This document shows positions 28,194 to 32,000 of a DNA stretch of 32,000 nucleotides, one piece after another. This DNA comes from Sinorhizobium meliloti (lineage in GTDB: Bacteria; Pseudomonadota; Alphaproteobacteria; Rhizobiales; Rhizobiaceae). The position numbers and the translations under genes are program-made. The stretch lies in the NCBI RefSeq assembly GCF_017876815.1, contig NZ_JAGIOS010000002.1, positions 60,001 through 92,000 on the forward strand, read 5' to 3'. Under the pieces are notes generated by a model. That model searched no databases, was not told the DNA's origin, and saw nothing but the letters and a program-made list of their open reading frames with translations. Position 1 is the stretch's first letter. Every line of letters starts with the position of its first letter.

Positions 28194-30418
28194 GCGGAAG
28201 CCTCCTTGATGCGATTGCCTTCGCCCTGCGGCTGCGGAGCCCATCGGGCCGAAAACAGTCTTTCGTCGATCCGCTCGACGAGAGGAGCCGCGGAGGCGCT
28301 GCCGGTGGAGAATGGCTCGTCCGAGCCCAGCATCTGCACCGAAGGCAGCCACCAGGAATTGATCCCCGAACGGCTGAGCCTCAAGCCGAGATCCTGCCCC
28401 CTTTGCCGGTATCCGAGATAGCTGCCGGCAAAGCCTCCGGCGACGAGGAAAGCCTCGCGCGGCATGATGCAGCATTCGAAAGAGGCCGCCGCGATCCGGG
28501 TGAGCTTGAGCCCCGTCACTGCACTCAACGGATAACCGGCATAACGGCCCGAAAGCGAATTTTCGGACTGCGCGTCCGCCCAGGAGCCAGCCCATCGAAC
28601 GGAATGGTCCTCATAGGCGAGCGTGGGCGAGATGATCCCGCCACTTTCCTCGTAGGCGGAAACCAGCCTGCCGTACCAGCCGCTCCTGCGGGGCAAAAGC
28701 GAGCCGGCGAGCAGAACGACCGTCTCGCTCGAAAGCGCGCGAATGCCGGCTTCCAGGAGATCGTAGACATCGTCCGTTTCCGCCGACATCAACCTGAGCG
28801 GCAGCCGATAGAATTGCGCGAGCTGCCTGATACGGCCGGCCTGGCGTCGAAAGCATTCGGAGTGCAGCACGAGCGCGATCGGCGCGTGCCGTGTTTCGGG
28901 ATCGAGCGCCAGAAGGCCGAGGAAAGGGGCAAGCTCCTTTTCTTCTGCTTGGCCGGCAGCGACGATGATCGGCGGCCCCGAAGCCTCGTCGAACGCACCC
29001 GCATCGAGGATGGCCCCGACGCCGGGCGAGGGGCTCTCCGACGCGCACAGGAAGGGCACGATCTGCCGATCGACGATTTCCGACAGCCCCCAGTTTTCGG
29101 GATCGATGGACTTGATCTGGCGGAGCGCCGCCTGACGCGGCGGAAGCCGCGCGGGTGTCAGCGGGAGAAAGGCCCGCCGGGAATCCTTGAGCGTCAACTC
29201 CAGGTGTAGCGGGGCCGCACCATCTGCCCCCAGTCCTCCGGCAAACACGATGAAACCATGCGGGTGGGTTTCTCGGTCGAGCATGCTTTTGAACAGCGGC
29301 TCATCGGTAAAGGCATCCGTCACATCCGAGCGCTCGAGCCGCGTCCAGCGATCGTCGAGCCGCATCTCGCTCTGTCCACGGCGCAACCGGACGCTCTGGA
29401 CATGCTCATCAGGGTCGAGCAGCCAGCCGGAGATCAGAAAGGCGCTGCTGTTCGCCTGAAAGATATTGTCGACGCCCAGTCGCACCGGAACGGGAAGGGT
29501 CGAGATCGTCTCGCGCCCCTCGAAGCTGTTGGCGGCCGAACGCAGCCGGAGCAGAACGGCGGGCGTGCTGTGCGTCTGAAGCAGCACGGAGCGGATATGC
29601 CCGGGCGTGTCCGTAGGACCGGCGATCAGCCGGTGCTCATGAACCGAAGCGTAGCGCCAGCCCCCGCGCCCGCGATAGACGAGCCCCTCGACGTCTCGTG
29701 CGCGAAGCGGTTCGCTGGCCGCCAACAGACCGATGAAGCCTGCGCCACCTTGCGGAGTGTCCTGCCGGGAGAAGGTCGCGATCCCACAGTCGGCAACGAC
29801 CGGATTTTCGCCGCACACAATCACGCGAGCGTTGCCGGGGTCGGCGGCGCGGGCCCACCCTCTGAGGAAGATCGCTCCCTCGTGGGTCTCGCCAACGAAC
29901 TCGAGGAAGCCGTCGCTACCCTTTCGGGCCTGCGTCAGGGCAACAATTGCCGCAAGCCTTCGCCGGCCGGTCGGCATCTGCATCATCGCATCCACGAGCG
30001 AGTCCAGCACGTCGGTCAGTTGGGCGCCGGCAAGCTCCGCGAGGACCGTCACGCCCTCGCGAACCGCAAGCGTGCGGGGGCCGAAGATATAGCGCCTGGG
30101 GCTACTCTCCTGACCCAGGCGGAGGGTGGTGAGCGGACGATCGGCGTCATTGATGGGCAGCAGCGCCGCGAACCCGTGCGTGGCCGTTGGCGGCTGCAGG
30201 GCCAGGCGCCAACCGATGATGGAGGCACTCGTCGCGGTGGCGGGGTCGTCATTGACCTGCGCCGGCACCTGGCCGGCGACAGGCGCGCCCGCGCCTATGA
30301 CGAGCAGCAGCGTATCGTCGATCAGGCAGGCGACAACCCTCCCACCCCGCATGATCCTCGCGGCTGTTTGCGACGTTTGAGGAAGCGCCTGTTCTGCTCC
30401 GGCCATGGTACTCCTCAT
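28190..30418 (-). CDS. Large uncharacterised multidomain protein: three GW...GF modules plus a degenerate GT-A-like C-terminal domain
   Basis: 742 aa. ATG 30418 overlaps the upstream stop as ATGA. ATG 30406 (AGGAG 4 nt upstream) is an alternative start. Residues ~481-700 follow the GT2 layout (PPIIVAAG..., ECCIMPREAFLVAGGFAGSY.GYRQRGQDLGLRLSRSG), but I see no DxD motif. Confidence 0.7.
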   Translation of the reverse strand: MRSTMAGAEQALPQTSQTAARIMRGGRVVACLIDDTLLLVIGAGAPVAGQVPAQVNDDPATATSASIIGWRLALQPPTATHGFAALLPINDADRPLTTLRLGQESSPRRYIFGPRTLAVREGVTVLAELAGAQLTDVLDSLVDAMMQMPTGRRRLAAIVALTQARKGSDGFLEFVGETHEGAIFLRGWARAADPGNARVIVCGENPVVADCGIATFSRQDTPQGGAGFIGLLAASEPLRARDVEGLVYRGRGGWRYASVHEHRLIAGPTDTPGHIRSVLLQTHSTPAVLLRLRSAANSFEGRETISTLPVPVRLGVDNIFQANSSAFLISGWLLDPDEHVQSVRLRRGQSEMRLDDRWTRLERSDVTDAFTDEPLFKSMLDRETHPHGFIVFAGGLGADGAAPLHLELTLKDSRRAFLPLTPARLPPRQAALRQIKSIDPENWGLSEIVDRQIVPFLCASESPSPGVGAILDAGAFDEASGPPIIVAAGQAEEKELAPFLGLLALDPETRHAPIALVLHSECFRRQAGRIRQLAQFYRLPLRLMSAETDDVYDLLEAGIRALSSETVVLLAGSLLPRRSGWYGRLVSAYEESGGIISPTLAYEDHSVRWAGSWADAQSENSLSGRYAGYPLSAVTGLKLTRIAAASFECCIMPREAFLVAGGFAGSYLGYRQRGQDLGLRLSRSGINSWWLPSVQMLGSDEPFSTGSASAAPLVERIDERLFSARWAPQPQGEGNRIKEASA

Positions 30419-31119
30419 GCTCCGGCGAAAAGCGAGAGGGCGGCGCCGGCGGCAAAGCCCGCGAGAACGAAAAGCAGGAGCAGCAGCGGTTTCAACTCTC
30501 CATTCGACCGCTTCTGCAAGGCTCCGAGGTTCTTCTCCATCGCTGCAACCACGCCATCGAGCCGCATCAAGTGGACATCGAGGTCGTTCAGGCGCTGCCC
30601 GATCTCGGCGGCGGCGGCAGGCCCCAAGGTCGCGCCTTCGCCGCCCTCGTCATTATGCGTTCGCTGAAGAGATCGCTGCGAGACCTGCAACTGCCGCTGG
30701 GCCGCCATGAGGACGTCGAGCTTGTCGAGAACCTTGGCAAGCGGCGCGGCGATGAGGGCTTCGGCCGCCTGCTCGTCCGGGCGCGGAACGCGCAGCTGCT
30801 GTTCGGTGCCGCGTGCATCCAGGGCCGTCACCTTGAGATCGGCGGTGCGCGAGGCTGCCGCCTCGGGAAGCGCGATTTCGAAGGCATAGCCGCCGTCGCC
30901 GATGCCGTTGCGCTTGAGATCGGGGCGATTGCGGTCGGCGACCGCCTGGGCGATGACGCTGCCGTCCAGATAGACGCGGATGGTGAGGCGCTTGTCGGGT
31001 GCTGCCGGATCGAACGCCCAGCCGAAGATGCGCCCCTGGTCGATCGCGTCGACCCGGCCGCTCATCGGCTTCGTATTATCCTGATCCGGTGCGGCATTTG
31101 ATTTCTCGGCAACAGCCAT
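30415..31119 (-). CDS. Tail-anchored coiled-coil protein with an N-terminal GW-module (uncharacterised)
   Basis: Track ORF 30415..31446. I prefer ATG 31119 (AGGGGA upstream, 11 nt after the GT4 stop). 234 aa. The N-terminal module is GRIFGWAFDPAAPDKRLTIRVYLDG...RNRPDLKRNGIGDGGYAFEIALP. The centre has heptad-like segments. The C-terminal TM is LKPLLLLLFVLAGFAAGAALSLFAGA. Confidence 0.7.
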   Translation of the reverse strand: MAVAEKSNAAPDQDNTKPMSGRVDAIDQGRIFGWAFDPAAPDKRLTIRVYLDGSVIAQAVADRNRPDLKRNGIGDGGYAFEIALPEAAASRTADLKVTALDARGTEQQLRVPRPDEQAAEALIAAPLAKVLDKLDVLMAAQRQLQVSQRSLQRTHNDEGGEGATLGPAAAAEIGQRLNDLDVHLMRLDGVVAAMEKNLGALQKRSNGELKPLLLLLFVLAGFAAGAALSLFAGA

Positions 31120-31130
31120 CGATTTCCCCT

Positions 31131-32000
31131 TTATGCCGCTTCGATACGTGACGGTTCGATCGCTTCGATCAAATCGAGATAGCGTCGTGCGGTGGTGTCG
31201 ATGTTCTCCGGCTCCCGCGCGTGCGCGGAAAGCCGGCGCGCCAAGGCACCGTCTTGCGCGAGGCGGCGCATGGCAGAGGCGAGCGCCCGCGGATCGTTGG
31301 GCGCAACGGTGAGACCGTTTGCGCCATCCTCGATCATCTCGGCCATGCCGCCGATATTGCTGGCTAAGACCGGCCGTCCGAGGGCCTGCGCCTCCTGGAT
31401 GACCAGCGGGGCATTTTCCCACCAGATCGAGGGTACGATCGTGCAATCCACCGCTGCGACGAGGTCAGCAACGTCCTCACGCCGGTAGGGCCCGCGCTGC
31501 TGCACGGTCGGTGCCGTTTCCTCGAACAGGCGTGTGATCTCGTCGATGAAACTCTCGCTCTGGAAGGGTGCGCCGCCGTGAACGCGCAACTCGAACTCCA
31601 GCCCCTCGGCAATGAGCTGCCGTGCCGCCTCGAGTAGTACCGCCACGCCTTTCCAGGGGTTGAGATTGCCGAAATAACCGAAGACCGGGTGGTCCGAGCC
31701 GATCCGGCGGGCCGCTGCCGGCGCGTTGCGAGGCGGTAGCCCGTTGGGAATGACGCTGATCCTGTCTTCCGAGAGCCCCCACTCGACGAAGCGCTGCTTG
31801 AGGAACCGGCTCGGTGATACGAACCGGTCCACCTCGCTCAAGAGGGCCTTCAGATGACGTTCGCGCAATGTGAAACGGTCGAGCGCGATGTCCTTGAAGC
31901 AGGCATGGCACCTGTCCGGGCTCGCCCCGTGGCAAAGTTCCTTGCCGCTCGTTCTCACCATCAGCCCGTCATGGTGACAGATGGGATAATAGTCGTGCAG
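31131..32000 (-). CDS. GT4-family glycosyltransferase, paralogue of 26871..28193 (5' end beyond the right window edge)
   Basis: The frame stays open to position 32000 (LHDYYPICHHDGLMVRTSGK...), so the track start 31961 is internal. It carries the same 4-Cys insert (CHHDGLMVRTSGKELCHGASPDRCHACF) and the E-x7-E region WWENAPLVIQEAQALGRPVLASNIGGMAEMIEDG. Confidence 0.85.
   Translation of the reverse strand: MHDYYPICHHDGLMVRTSGKELCHGASPDRCHACFKDIALDRFTLRERHLKALLSEVDRFVSPSRFLKQRFVEWGLSEDRISVIPNGLPPRNAPAAARRIGSDHPVFGYFGNLNPWKGVAVLLEAARQLIAEGLEFELRVHGGAPFQSESFIDEITRLFEETAPTVQQRGPYRREDVADLVAAVDCTIVPSIWWENAPLVIQEAQALGRPVLASNIGGMAEMIEDGANGLTVAPNDPRALASAMRRLAQDGALARRLSAHAREPENIDTTARRYLDLIEAIEPSRIEAA

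Overview
GC-rich, densely coding segment that looks alphaproteobacterial and Rhizobiaceae-like. That assignment is inferred from protein similarities and from a REP/RIME-type palindromic intergenic element; GC content was not computed. I see no tRNA or rRNA genes, CRISPR array, IS element, prophage or recognisable named defence system.

Gene content, left to right:
- 5' end of a class II fructose-bisphosphate aldolase gene (minus strand, missing from the ORF track).
- An oppA-oppB-oppC operon with a fused double-ATPase gene.
- A palindromic repeat element.
- A DctB/DctD-like sensor kinase and sigma54 activator pair with no obvious target gene. Its activator carries GAFPGA in place of the GAFTGA motif.
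- An MhqO-like ring-cleaving dioxygenase and an MhqD-like carboxylesterase.
- A Phd/YefM antitoxin relic interrupted by an in-frame TGA, with no toxin partner.
- A TetR-HlyD-double ATPase-two ABC-2 permease operon with the same gene order as E. coli cecR-ybhGFSR.
- A PmrAB-like two-component system divergent from an EptA/MCR-like phosphoethanolamine transferase.
- A small acidic hypothetical protein, a PPP-family phosphatase, a HAD phosphatase and an orphan Tat-signal family-5 solute-binding protein.
- At the right edge, an operon of at least five translationally coupled minus-strand genes: two paralogous GT4 glycosyltransferases with a 4-Cys insert flank a 742-aa multidomain protein and a 234-aa tail-anchored coiled-coil protein, followed by an alpha/beta-hydrolase-like gene.

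The right-edge operon is the least explainable part of the window and my best candidate for an undescribed system. Many long ORFs in the supplied track are antisense shadow ORFs typical of high-GC DNA and were rejected.
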